The notes under the pieces: model-generated
Seen by the model: only the letters and a program-made list of their open reading frames with translations
Told to the model about the DNA's origin: nothing
The model's database searches: none
Position numbers and translations under genes: made by a program
Part shown: positions 63,219-64,000 of the stretch, piece by piece
How the letters are laid out: each line of letters opens with the position of its first letter
Position numbering within the stretch: the stretch's first letter is position 1
NCBI GenBank assembly: GCA_003280965.1
Contig: QCDI01000005.1
Coordinates: forward strand, 32,001 to 96,000
DNA from: Prochlorococcus sp. AG-355-B18
Lineage (GTDB): Bacteria; Cyanobacteriota; Cyanobacteriia; PCC-6307; Cyanobiaceae
DNA: 64,000 nt
Direction of reading: 5' to 3'

Positions 63219-64000
63219 TTAAAACTTCCATCCTACTCCAAGTGTATATCTCCAATCTCCACTTTGATCCTTACTTGCAACGTCTAATCTTAATGGACCA
63301 ATTGGTGTTTTCACTCCAACTCCCCCTCCTAGTGAAAAACCCGAACCTGACTTCTGCAATAATTTACCAGGCTTCCCAGGGATATCATTTTGAGATCCTA
63401 AATCACTTCCTGCATCTACAAATAAAGCTCCCGATATCATTCTCCAAACAGGGAATCTATATTCAACTGTCCCCTCAACAAAACTTTTACTAACAGCTAA
63501 ATCACAAGATCCCCAACCTCTAACAGATGATGTTCCGCCCATACAAAATGCTTCATAAGGAGGCAATTCTCCAAGAATAGTTCCTGCTTTAAATTGAAAC
63601 CCAATCGCTTGGGGACAGTCTTCACTATCAGAATTACCAGACTTACATGCTTTAGTTAAATTTATTAATTTTGTTGGTATAAAAAATGAATAAGAAGCTT
63701 TCATTCTATTAAAAGTTGGAGAGTTTTCTCCCATTGAAACAAACTGTTCAGTACCAAAACTAAATTTATTTCCTGAAGTTGGGTTAAAGGAGTTATTCAA
63801 ATTATTTCTAGAAGTAGTTGCGATAAAACTTACTAATGTATTTTCAGCAGGACATGAACCATCATTTGGAGTGAATCCAATACATATAATATCGCTTATA
63901 TTTCCTGTAGTTGGCGTCATATCCCCATAAGGTTTTTGATTACCGTCACCATCAATCATCTTTACTTTTTTTAAATTCATTCCAGCTAGAACTCTCCACT
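63219..64000 (-). CDS. bamA: Omp85/BamA outer-membrane protein, C-terminal part (starts beyond the window)
   Basis: GG..SVRGW, EYRFP and TPIGPLRLD motifs; terminal aromatic GWKF; precedes lpxC-fabZ-lpxA-lpxB. Confidence 0.92.
   Translation of the reverse strand, partial: WRVLAGMNLKKVKMIDGDGNQKPYGDMTPTTGNISDIICIGFTPNDGSCPAENTLVSFIATTSRNNLNNSFNPTSGNKFSFGTEQFVSMGENSPTFNRMKASYSFFIPTKLINLTKACKSGNSDSEDCPQAIGFQFKAGTILGELPPYEAFCMGGTSSVRGWGSCDLAVSKSFVEGTVEYRFPVWRMISGALFVDAGSDLGSQNDIPGKPGKLLQKSGSGFSLGGGVGVKTPIGPLRLDVASKDQSGDWRYTLGVGWKF

Noticed and set aside
562..63493. Many 60-130 aa ORFs overlapping core genes (e.g. 562-792, 5567-5839, 22800-23129, 32442-32789, 35656-36003, 37818-38108, 50537-51673, 61012-61398)
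   Set aside because: Antisense or alternate-frame shadows of confidently identified genes with no independent coding signal

Overview
AT-rich, very densely packed bacterial chromosome segment. Gene content and order point to a high-light-type Prochlorococcus (inference from sodN-sodX, an HLIP, ARC6/Ftn2, clpR-clpP, a trmD-ispF fusion and minimal intergenic spacing). It is almost all core genome: about 55 recognisable housekeeping CDSs from a partial pheS to a partial bamA, three tRNAs (Leu-CAA, His-GUG, Gly-UCC) and the SRP RNA (ffs). I found no CRISPR array, integrase, transposase, prophage or defence island. I cannot support a claim of a clearly new multi-gene system. The best leads are: (1) several unannotated small ORFs, including a translationally coupled pair of tiny membrane peptides near tRNA-Leu; (2) a small island-like patch between panB and hemW; (3) an MFS-mlaE-DUF3119-DUF3086-plsY operon that may be a lipid-trafficking module; (4) a stand-alone GIY-YIG nuclease with a beta-clamp-like motif; (5) a TrmH-family gene whose conserved N-terminus has no canonical start codon; (6) argD starting 5 nt after tRNA-Leu. 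All family assignments come from motif recognition, not database searches.
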